DNA of 32,000 bases from Mycolicibacterium smegmatis. Lineage in GTDB: Bacteria > Actinomycetota > Actinomycetes > Mycobacteriales > Mycobacteriaceae. Positions 1-8,045 of the stretch are shown here, one piece after another. A program made the translations under genes and the position numbers. The stretch covers positions 4,200,001-4,232,000 of the forward strand of contig NZ_LN831039.1 of NCBI RefSeq assembly GCF_001457595.1, written 5' to 3'. The notes beneath the pieces were generated by a model. It searched no databases. It was not told the origin of the DNA and worked only from the letters and a program-made list of their open reading frames with translations. Each line of letters opens with the position of its first letter. Position 1 is the first letter of the stretch.

Positions 1-1275
1 CGTTGTCGGCGCGTCAGGTTTCACCAAGTTGTCCGAGCCGACGATCAAACCCAGTCCGAGCGGGCCGACGACCTTTCCGAGGCCGCCTGCGCCGTAGGCG
101 AATCCCATGCCGGTGGCCCGCAATCGGCTGGGCCACACCTCAGCTGAGTAGGGGCCGACGACGGCGAAGCCACCTTCGGCGAAGAAGTAGACGGCGATCA
201 TCACGACAAGAAACACGGCCACTCCCCCGATGTATGCGTCGCCCGCCACGGCGGCGAGGATGACGAGCCCGGCCGCCGAGAAGGCAGCGAGCGCACCGGT
301 GAACCGACGCCCCCTGCTCTCGGAGAGGTGAGACAGGAAGAGGCGACCTGCCAGCGCTCCCATCGTGACGAACACCATGTACAGACCCGCTTGAGCCGGG
401 TCGATCCCGAGCGTCATGACAAGAAGCGTTGGTGCCCATAGCGCGATGCCGTAGACGCCCGTCTGGGCACCCAGATTGGTGACGGTCGACAGCAGCAGGC
501 TACGCGGGTATGCGAGCAGTTCTCGGACACTGGAACCGGCGGGGTCGTCGACTGCGTGTTCGCTGTCATCGTCGCTGCTCGCGAGCGGAAGTGATGCCGG
601 GTCGACCTGCAGAGCCCAGCCGACTGCCTTACGGGCGTCCTCGAAACGCCGTCTACGGAGCAGGAACCGGGGAGATTCGGGAACGGTGAACCGCGCCAGC
701 AGAAGCAGGAGACCGGATGCTCCTGTGAGGAGCAGGATTCCGCGCCAGCCGATCAGGTCCGAAAGCAGCCACACCATCAAGGAGCCCACGAGGAAACCGA
801 GTGGTACCGCTGCGGTCACGTAACCCGTTACACGCCCCCGCTTGCTGGTGGGCATGAACTCCTGGACCATCGGCAGATCCACCACGTAGAGCCCCCCGGC
901 ACCGAAGCCGACGACGACCCGGAGTACGGCAAGATAAACCCATCCGAGAGAGGCGTCTTCAGGAGTGAATGCCATCGCGGCGGTCGCGGCGGTGAACACC
1001 GTGATCGTGGTGAGAAACACCGGCCTTCGACCGATGCGGTCGGCCAGGCGGCCGAAGAATACCGCACCGACAACGGCGCCCAGTCCGGACGACAGCAAGA
1101 TCACCGAGGACTGTCCGAAGGTGAGCTGCCACGACGTCGAGACGAAAGTGACGATGAATCCGATGAGAAAATAGTCGAGAAACTCCAGGCATATCGCCGA
1201 GGTGGCGATGTATGCCAACCCCTTCTGTCGCCGGGTCAGCCTTTCACATGTGTCGAGCGCATCAATCGTTCCCAC
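1..1275 (-). CDS. MFS transporter (sugar-porter / aromatic-acid:H+ symporter-like), 3' end outside window
   Basis: The minus-strand frame is open from the left edge up to GTG at 1275. It is absent from the ORF track because no stop lies inside the window. My translation reads VGTIDALDTCERLTRRQKGLAYIATSAICLEFLDYFLIGF...GRLADRIGRRPVF (MFS motif A)...VPESPRFL..., with many hydrophobic spans. The start is uncertain because the frame stays open upstream of 1275. Confidence 0.85.
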   Translation of the reverse strand, partial: MGTIDALDTCERLTRRQKGLAYIATSAICLEFLDYFLIGFIVTFVSTSWQLTFGQSSVILLSSGLGAVVGAVFFGRLADRIGRRPVFLTTITVFTAATAAMAFTPEDASLGWVYLAVLRVVVGFGAGGLYVVDLPMVQEFMPTSKRGRVTGYVTAAVPLGFLVGSLMVWLLSDLIGWRGILLLTGASGLLLLLARFTVPESPRFLLRRRRFEDARKAVGWALQVDPASLPLASSDDDSEHAVDDPAGSSVRELLAYPRSLLLSTVTNLGAQTGVYGIALWAPTLLVMTLGIDPAQAGLYMVFVTMGALAGRLFLSHLSESRGRRFTGALAAFSAAGLVILAAVAGDAYIGGVAVFLVVMIAVYFFAEGGFAVVGPYSAEVWPSRLRATGMGFAYGAGGLGKVVGPLGLGLIVGSDNLVKPDAPTT

Positions 1276-1334
1276 AAGCGTTTTCGCCTCTCTTCTACGA
1301 CCCGCTGCCCTGTGTGCGCGGTCCGTGTCTGCGC

Positions 1335-1583
1335 TCAATTGTGATGAGGAGCACTTGAGCAGACCATGGGAAGGAACACCGCGTTTGGGTCGATTCTTTG
1401 TGTGCAAACACAACCAAACCGGTTGCTCTGATCACCGAACTCAGAGAGATCTCCTTCAAGCCTTGCCGGCGGTGGGACGTCTCCGCAGCCGAGGTCGCCA
1501 CCCTCCAGCTCAAGCACTCGGCCGAACAACATCCGCTCGCAGATGAAGTCATCGAACTTGGCCGGAGTCGGCAGATTCTTGCC
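1335..1583 (-). pseudogene. 3' fragment of a hypothetical gene split by the IS element
   Basis: Reading down from 1583 gives GKNLPTPAKFDDFICERMLFGRVLELEGG...APHHN, with the stop at 1335-1337. Codon phase at 1583 matches track ORF 1335..1532 (1583-1532=51). It also continues the frame of 2951..3421 once the IS and one GGG copy are removed. Confidence 0.6.
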
Positions 1584-1586
1584 GGG

Positions 1587-1614
1587 TGATCCGCCCCGGC
1601 ATGTCGGGAGGTTC
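1587..1614. repeat. IS terminal inverted repeat (orfB-proximal end)
   Basis: TGATCCGCCCCGGCATGTCGGGAGGTTC. The first 14 nt are identical to the other end, with 2 mismatches and a 1-nt indel over about 29 nt. It is preceded by GGG at 1584-1586. Confidence 0.9.
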
Positions 1615-1616
1615 TC

Positions 1617-2570
1617 TTATCTGAGTGCCTCCTCGGCATGAGGGTGCCGTTGGCGGTGGTAGTAGAGCGCTTCGGCCCGATCGGGGGTCAGGTCCTGGCA
1701 GTAGCCGTTGGGTCGCTGACGGTTGTAGAAGGCCACCCATTCGGCGGTCCCCAGCGCCAGTTCGGTGGCACCGGGATAGAGCGGCTGGCGGTCGATGAGT
1801 TCGGTCTTGTAGCTGCTGTTCACCGATTCGGCCAGAGCATTATCGAAACTATCCCCGACGGATCCGACTGAAGGCAGGATCCCCTCAGCGGCCAGACGTT
1901 CGGTGAACGCGACCGCGGTGTATTGCGAGCCCGCGTCGCTGTGGTGGATAAGTGAATCCAAAGATGCTGCACCCGAACGCTTTCTGGTGTCGATAGCGTG
2001 GTCGATCGCATCGGTCACCAGCTTCTGGGTCATCTCGGTAGCCACCTTCCAACCCACGATCTTGCGGGCATAGACATCGGTGACGAACGCCGTGTAGGCC
2101 CAGCCGGCACGAGTCCGGCAGTAGGTGAAATCGGCCACCCACAATCGGTCAGGCGCACCGGCGACGAAATTACGCCGGACCCGATCCGGGGCTCGCGTCG
2201 CTGCCGGATCGGCGACGGTGGTGCGCACCCGCCGGCGCTTGCACGCACCCCGCCAACCCATCTCCCGCATGACCCGTTCCACGACACAGCGCGATACGTC
2301 GATACCATTGGTGCGCAATACAATCCATGTCTTACGAGCGCCCAGGACTCGGTACAGACTCTGCGATTGGCGAAGCTGCCAGATCGCATCGATCACCTGC
2401 GCATCGGCCCAGTCGGCTTTCGAGGGGCCCTGACGGGCGCGGTGGGCGTAATACGTCGACGGGGCGATCGTGACGCCGTACTCGGAAAGCACAGCGCACA
2501 TCGACTCGACACCCCACTTGAGACCATCAACGCCCACCCGCATGTGCTGGTGGGCGCTGATGAACTCCAC
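1617..2570 (-). CDS. IS3-family transposase OrfB (DDE integrase core), probably made as an OrfAB fusion by -1 frameshift
   Basis: 317 aa with WVADFTY..., HHSDAGSQYTA... and NALAESVNSSYKTELI (rve/DDE core). The frame is -1 relative to orfA and is open upstream as far as the TGA at 2623-2625. Confidence 0.93.
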   Translation of the reverse strand: MEFISAHQHMRVGVDGLKWGVESMCAVLSEYGVTIAPSTYYAHRARQGPSKADWADAQVIDAIWQLRQSQSLYRVLGARKTWIVLRTNGIDVSRCVVERVMREMGWRGACKRRRVRTTVADPAATRAPDRVRRNFVAGAPDRLWVADFTYCRTRAGWAYTAFVTDVYARKIVGWKVATEMTQKLVTDAIDHAIDTRKRSGAASLDSLIHHSDAGSQYTAVAFTERLAAEGILPSVGSVGDSFDNALAESVNSSYKTELIDRQPLYPGATELALGTAEWVAFYNRQRPNGYCQDLTPDRAEALYYHRQRHPHAEEALR

Positions 2571-2572
2571 GA

Positions 2573-2899
2573 CTACTGAGAGGGCCGGTCGAGCTCGGCG
2601 GCGAAGAAAACCGAGGCCGCCTTCAAGATCGCGTTGGCCCGCTTGAGTTCGGCATTCTCCCGGCGCAGCTTGCGCAGGACCTCGGATTCCTCGCTGGTCT
2701 GCCCCGCCCGAGAGCCGGCGTCGATCTCAGCCTGGCGGACCCATTTGCGCACCGTTTCGGCAGTACCGACGCCCAGCAGGTCAGCAACCCGGCCCATCGC
2801 CTCCCACTCCGAAACTGTCTCGCTGCGCAGATCGGCCACCATCTGCACCGCCCGCACCTTCAGCTCGTCTGGATACCGCCTCGATGACTTCGATCCCAC
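2573..2899 (-). CDS. IS3-family transposase OrfA (HTH)
   Basis: 108 aa: GSKSSRRYPDELKVRAVQMV...AETVRKWVRQAEIDAG...LRRENAELKRANAILKAASVFFAAELDRP. GTG start at 2899 with a GGAAGGA Shine-Dalgarno sequence about 6 nt upstream. Confidence 0.93.
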   Translation of the reverse strand: MGSKSSRRYPDELKVRAVQMVADLRSETVSEWEAMGRVADLLGVGTAETVRKWVRQAEIDAGSRAGQTSEESEVLRKLRRENAELKRANAILKAASVFFAAELDRPSQ

Positions 2900-2920
2900 G
2901 TGCCCATCCTTCCCAACGGA

Positions 2921-2950
2921 AGAACTCTCCAGACACGCCGGGGCGGATCA
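2921..2950. repeat. IS terminal inverted repeat (orfA-proximal end)
   Basis: The plus strand reads ...AGAACTCTCCAGACACGCCGGGGCGGATCA, which is the reverse complement of the 1587 end. It is followed by GGG at 2951-2953. Confidence 0.9.
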
Positions 2951-3661
2951 GGGAGTCACAGCCACCGGGCAATCCAATCCACGTTCGGGATGGTCCCAAT
3001 CAGCGGGTGTACCCAGGCCGGCGAGGTTCGTATCTCTCAGTGCCGACAGGTAGGCGCGGCGAAGCGAGTTGTTGGATGCGAGCAGACACTTCAGCACGGC
3101 AGCGGACGGTGCCCACCCGACGAACCGATCCGGGTGCTCGCCAATCAGAGCGGTGAACACGATCGCACCACCCGGACTGTGCCGAGACATCCCTGAGGCC
3201 AGCAGCAGCAGGCGCGTTTGCCACCATTGTTGTCCGTCGCCCAGGTTGACGACGACGACCTGGCTTGCTGTTCCGGCCTTCAGTGCTTGAAGAGTGCTCT
3301 CACCGGAGGGATCGATGATCGGCGACCCCGGCGGAGTCCCGAGGTTCCCGGAGATCTCTATTCTCGCCGCCGCCCCCGCCGATTGCACCGCATTCCTCAC
3401 CGCCGCAAAGCTCACCTGCACGCCGGCCGCTTTGATCGAAGTAACTCGTTCGAGGATGAGCGCGAGGACGGGGATGACCCCAAGACCTACGACGACAAGG
3501 GCAACGAGCGGGGAAATCCTGTTGTCGCCGAGCTACCCAGCGCGACGCACTGGTCGTCGGTTACGCAGCCCCTCGGACAGCGCACGGGCGAGTGCCCTGG
3601 ACGCGGTCTGCAGCGTGTTGCCGTAGCTGACACCACATTGCCGAGTGGCTTCCTCGTTCAT
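2951..3661 (-). pseudogene. 5' part of the IS-split hypothetical gene (predicted membrane-anchored), also carrying an in-frame TAG
   Basis: Track ORF 2948..3421 ends ...DCPVAVTP and stops at a TGA contributed by the IS terminus. The same frame is open upstream to TAG at 3533-3535. That stretch encodes a TM-like segment (ISPLVALVVVGLGVIPVLALIL) with no ATG/GTG/TTG before GTG 3421. The 42 codons directly above the TAG (ATG 3661, MNEEATRQCGVSYGNTLQTASRALARALSEGLRNRRPVRRAG) are in the same frame. No family recognised. Confidence 0.5.
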
Positions 3662-4037
3662 CACCGCTCACAACGCAGTTCGCGCACCGGCAGGTCAATC
3701 AACATCGATACCGAGAAAGCGTGATTTCCCCGCTGCGACATAATCGCCTCCTGCTGACGTGCTGGCCTACCGGTGAGAACGTTGCGGCTCGAATCGACGT
3801 TCTGATGGGTTGACGGCTCCACGGAAAGGACGTGCCTAATGTCGGAGACACTGCCGAAGTCACCAAGGGTGAGCTTCTAGAGGTGCAGTACGGTGACTGT
3901 CCGGCCAGAGTGTCGCGACACCTATCTCAACGAGCTACTCACAGGCCAGGGCGCTTCCGGGTTGCCTGCTGCTCAAGGTGGGTGCATCTGCATCGCTGGT
4001 CAGAGAGCGCTGTCCATTCCGCCATCGACCGCTCGGA

Positions 4038-6782
4038 TCACCGCAGCTTCATTGCTCGCAACTGGCGGCGGGACTTGATGGCCAGTTTGGCGTAGACGTT
4101 GCTCAAGTGCCACTCGACGGTGTGCGCACTGATGAATAACTGCGATCCGATCTCGGTGTTGGTCAGTCCGGCTGCCGCCAACTGGGCAACCTGCGTTTCC
4201 TGCGGGGTCAGCGCCGTCCCAGTGCGCTTGCGTTTGACGGTCTTCTCCCCCAGGGGAATCAGTTCACGGGCGGCTCGATCGGCGAAGGCGTTAACCCCAA
4301 ATCCTTGCAACATTTCGTGAGCGAGGCGTAGGTGGTGGCGAGCATCGTTGCGGCGGTTCATCCGCCGGAGCCATTCTCCATAGAGCAGGTGGGCGCGTGC
4401 CAGCTGAACCTTTACTCGGCTGCGACCCAAGTGGCCGATCGCGTCGAGATAGAGAGGTTCCGCGGCGTCGTCAGCGGCCAGTAGCGCGGCACTGCGCGCA
4501 GCGATGCCCAGCCCCCACGGGGTAGATGCAGCACCAATTCGAAGCTTGAGTTTGTTGAGCGCGTCGGCGGCGAGGTCGTCGCGGCCCGCACGCACGGCGC
4601 ATTCGACCAGCTCGCTGAGGTTCCAGCCGACAATCCCCAGATCGTCGTATTCGCAGGCGGGTTGCAACGCCTCCATGGCGACGTCGTATCGGCCCAAGCC
4701 GTTGTTGAGCACACCGTTGGCGTAGGCGGCGAGGGCGATCACTCGGCCCTCACCGCGCTGCAGACCATCGCGAAGAGCCGCCGCTGCCATCGCGGTCGTC
4801 TCGCCGTCGTTGCCGGCCCATGACGCCAACGTCAGCTTGTGGTACCGCAGCGGCGCATGCCCGATGGCCGAGGAAATGTCGTCCGCTTCGGCGATCAGCA
4901 GCCGGGCGCCGGCCAGGTCGCCGGCCATCACGAGTGCACCGGCTCGGCTGACCAACGCTGTGGGAAGGATCTGCAGCGCGGCTGTCTCGGTCGCGAGGTG
5001 CACAGCGACCTCCGAGAGTCGCTCCCACGCTTCGTCATCCCATGTCTCGTGAAGGGAAACCTCCAGGGCCAATGGAAAGGCCTCCCATTGCCAGCCGTGT
5101 TCGGTGACGGAGGCGACGGCTGTGCGAATTGCGGCGATCCCGCCCGCGATGTCAGGACTCACTCTGCGCGCCAATCCCCTGGCGAGCAGTCCTACCGGCC
5201 GGCGCCCGCGGCCATCGTCGCGGAGATGCAATATGGCGGAGGCCATTTGCTCCAGGGCGGTGGAATCAGCCAAGCGCCCGGCATATATCAGGCCACATAT
5301 TGCCTCCAGATATGCTTGATCGGCTTCGGCGGGATCAAGTGGCCTCAGTCGAGCCGCCGCCTTGGACATCGTGGCGGCGTGGTCGGCCAGCGGGGGTCCC
5401 GACGGGTCGGTGCGACGGCGGTGAAACGCCAGTTGCGTCTCAAGATGCAGGCGCCGGGCCTCGTCGAGATCGTCGAGTGGTGACAGTGACGCGGCGGTCA
5501 CCAACTCGGTGGCGGCATTGAAGTCTGCGGCGCGCCGTTTGGCGTGCGCTGCTTCCAGGGCGCGCTGCCCGCGCCGAACCGGATCCCTTGTCAACTCGAA
5601 CGCCTGGGTGAGAAATGCTGCGGCGGCGGCGATGCCGCCGCGCTGGTGAGCGCGGGTAGCGGCCTGTTCCAGTTCGTCGGCCACCGACTCGTCGGGCCCT
5701 GTGGAGGCGAATGCGCGATGCCATGCGCGGCGGTCGGGATCTTCGGATGGGTCGATGCTCTTTGCAAGGGCCGCGTGCACCCGATGGCGTTGGTCGGCGT
5801 CTGCGTCGGCGTAGGCCACCGAGCGCACCAGCGGATGACCAAACCGCACACGGGTATCGATATTGATCAGTCGCGCCGACCGCAAGGAAGCCAACGCCGA
5901 TGCCGCGATGCCGAGGGACTCGGCCGCGCGGGAAAGCAGCGCGGGATCACCGACCGGTTCAGCAGCAGCCAGCGTCAGCAACAGCCGGGCATCGTCCCCC
6001 AGAGTCAAGATGCGCTGCAGGTAACGAGCCTCGATACTTTCCTCCACCGGATATGCGTCCGGTCTGTGGTATCCGCCCGCCAGATCGGCGGGTCCCAGAT
6101 CGCGCAGTATTTCCAACAATGCCAACGGATTGCCGCGCGTCTCGGCGACGATACGGTCTCGCACTCTCGGGTCGATACGCCCCAGAACCGCACCGTCGAG
6201 CAGTTCACGCGCGTCCGGCACCGATAGCCCTGATATCACAAGCTCTGGAAAGCCCCGCAGCTCAGTGATTTTCTCACGGCACGCGAAGACGATCATCACG
6301 CGTTCGGCCAACAGACGTCTTGCGACAAAACTCAGTGTTTGCGCTGACACCTGATCGAGCCACTGAGCGTCATCGACGACACATAACACCGGGCGGTCTT
6401 CCGATGCCGTGGCGATCAGGCCCAATACAGCCAGTCCGACCAGAAATCGATCTGGCGCGGGGCCCGAAGCCTGCCCGAACGCTGTGGCCAGCGCCTGCCG
6501 CTGCGGGACCGGTAGTTCCTCGACTGGCTCTCCCCACAGAACAGCGATGAGCCGATGCACACCGGCAAACGGCAGTTCCATATCGGACTCCACGCCTGCG
6601 GTGCGCAGCACTCTGAACTCAGATGCGACCGCGTCTGACAGGTGATCGATGAGCGCGGTCTTGCCGATGCCCGCCTCCCCGCGCAGCACGACCACCGCGC
6701 TGTGACCGGCACGGCTTGACGCCACGAGCTTGCTCAGGGCGGCCAACTCCGTGGTCCTGCCCCGCAACACGGTCTCACTCAC
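4038..6782 (-). CDS. LuxR-family transcriptional regulator with N-terminal AAA/STAND-type ATPase (LAL/MalT-like)
   Basis: 914 aa with Walker A GEAGIGKTAL, Walker B-like LCVVDDAQWLD, a long helical middle region, and a C-terminal LuxR HTH (LTPQETQVAQLAAAGLTNTEIGSQLFISAHTVEWHLSNVYAKL). GTG start at 6782. Confidence 0.9.
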   Translation of the reverse strand: MSETVLRGRTTELAALSKLVASSRAGHSAVVVLRGEAGIGKTALIDHLSDAVASEFRVLRTAGVESDMELPFAGVHRLIAVLWGEPVEELPVPQRQALATAFGQASGPAPDRFLVGLAVLGLIATASEDRPVLCVVDDAQWLDQVSAQTLSFVARRLLAERVMIVFACREKITELRGFPELVISGLSVPDARELLDGAVLGRIDPRVRDRIVAETRGNPLALLEILRDLGPADLAGGYHRPDAYPVEESIEARYLQRILTLGDDARLLLTLAAAEPVGDPALLSRAAESLGIAASALASLRSARLINIDTRVRFGHPLVRSVAYADADADQRHRVHAALAKSIDPSEDPDRRAWHRAFASTGPDESVADELEQAATRAHQRGGIAAAAAFLTQAFELTRDPVRRGQRALEAAHAKRRAADFNAATELVTAASLSPLDDLDEARRLHLETQLAFHRRRTDPSGPPLADHAATMSKAAARLRPLDPAEADQAYLEAICGLIYAGRLADSTALEQMASAILHLRDDGRGRRPVGLLARGLARRVSPDIAGGIAAIRTAVASVTEHGWQWEAFPLALEVSLHETWDDEAWERLSEVAVHLATETAALQILPTALVSRAGALVMAGDLAGARLLIAEADDISSAIGHAPLRYHKLTLASWAGNDGETTAMAAAALRDGLQRGEGRVIALAAYANGVLNNGLGRYDVAMEALQPACEYDDLGIVGWNLSELVECAVRAGRDDLAADALNKLKLRIGAASTPWGLGIAARSAALLAADDAAEPLYLDAIGHLGRSRVKVQLARAHLLYGEWLRRMNRRNDARHHLRLAHEMLQGFGVNAFADRAARELIPLGEKTVKRKRTGTALTPQETQVAQLAAAGLTNTEIGSQLFISAHTVEWHLSNVYAKLAIKSRRQLRAMKLR

Positions 6783-7181
6783 CAGACGCCACGATCACAC
6801 GGCATCACTGCGGGTAGCCGAACCAGATGACACCGCCACACCGCCAACCCTACGGTCGCCTGCGCCTTCGCGGGCTCGTACCGCACCTCGCACGCCGTCG
6901 AGTCAGCCGACACCGCCGCCGGAGGCCAGGGATCGGCCCCAGAACCCAGGGGGTTTCCGGGGGGCGCAGCGGCGTCCGAAATGGCAGCGTTGAACTGTGT
7001 CCACCGTCGAGCTCAAACCTCTCACCTCGGGGTTCGCCGCGACCCGCGCTGGGTCCGCCGACACCCTGCCGCCGCTGCCCTACCTTGAAGCGACGGCCGC
7101 GCCGACACCCCGATGGCCCAGCGTGCCGATACACCCCAGCAGGCGAGGCCGCAGCGTGCAGGGCCCGGACGGCGCAACCTC

Positions 7182-7972
7182 ATGAACATCACCCCCACCA
7201 CTACTACTCCGGCCACAGTTCGCGGAAACGGCCGTATCGCTCTGATCACAGGCGCCAGCCGCGGTATCGGCGCCGCCAGCGCGGCGTTGTTCGGCCAACG
7301 TGGCTATCGGGTCGCTGTCCATCACGAACACAACGCCATCGAAGCCCATCACGTAGCCGACGCCATCAACGATCACGGCGGCGACGCCCTTGTCGTGCAA
7401 GCTGATCTCACTCGCGCCGAAGATGTCGCCGAGATGACCGACGCGATCACCCACCACTGGGGTCCCGTTGAGGTGCTGATCATGACGGACGACGACCATA
7501 CGAGCGCACTTCCTTCGCCGCTCTGAGCATCGATCGACTCGAACATGCTGTCGCTCAAGAACTTCGGGCAGCGTTCCTGGTCACCAAAGCAGTCATTCCT
7601 GCCATGATCGCTGGTGATTACGGCCGGCTCGTCTATCTGAGCGTCGCGCATTCCCGCCTCCCGCAAGACAAGCGGATCGTCGAAGGCACAGCGAAAGCCG
7701 CGCTCGATCAATTCGTCCGCTACCTCGCTCAAGAACTTGCCCCGCACGGGATCCCCGCCAACCTCGTCGCGCCGGGCAACGTCGCCGGTGTCGATGCAGG
7801 CCGCGAGGCGTGGACCGACGACGAACTCTGGGTCCTGGGAACGGCCAACACCCCGGCCCGGTTGGTACTGCCCGGTGATGTCGCCCGCACGGTCGAGTTC
7901 TTCGCCAGCGACGACTGTGTCATCACCACCGGTCACTATGCGCCAGTCAACGCAGGACTCGCCGTCCGGTGA
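7182..7972 (+). pseudogene. Short-chain dehydrogenase/reductase (FabG-like) disrupted by a frameshift
   Basis: The N-terminal part (ATG 7182) reads MNITP...IALITGASRGIGAASAALF...VVQADLT...WGPVEVLI, then nonsense up to TGA 7524-7526. The remainder, (P)YERTSFAALSIDRLEHAVAQELRAAFLVTKAVIPAMIAGDYGRLVYLS...TAKAALDQFVRYLAQELAPHGI...VNAG, is in another frame that opens after TGA 7469-7471. The 791-nt span is not a multiple of 3. Confidence 0.75.
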
Positions 7973-8045
7973 ACTCCACCCGCGCTGTCTTGCAACCAAA
8001 ACCGGCGACTCACCGACTCGCCCATACGAAAGGTTCTCGACAACC

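Larger units (their letters stand above)
1587..2950 (-). mobile_element. IS3-family insertion sequence, IS6110-like (1364 bp)
   Basis: Terminal inverted repeats are TGATCCGCCCCGGCATGTCGGGAGGTTC (1587-1614) and the reverse complement of 2921-2950, TGATCCGCCCCGGCGTGTCTGGAGAGTTC. GGG flanks both ends (1584-1586 and 2951-2953), giving a 3-bp target duplication. orfA and orfB overlap in the -1 frame, and the OrfA sequence closely resembles IS6110 OrfA as I remember it. Confidence 0.93.

Noticed and set aside
3-1192. Short ORFs in the track over 3..1192 on both strands (3..263+, 140..439-, 476..823+, 653..943-, 828..1073-, 959..1192-).
   Set aside because: The whole interval is covered by one uninterrupted minus-strand frame encoding an MFS transporter. 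That frame was missed by the track because its stop is outside the window. The listed ORFs are off-frame artefacts.
3774-3803. Inverted repeat AGAACGT-N14-ACGTTCT between the LuxR gene end and the fragmented ORF start.
   Set aside because: The stem is only 7 bp, there is no U-tract, and no second copy exists. It could be a weak terminator or operator but is not distinguishable from chance.
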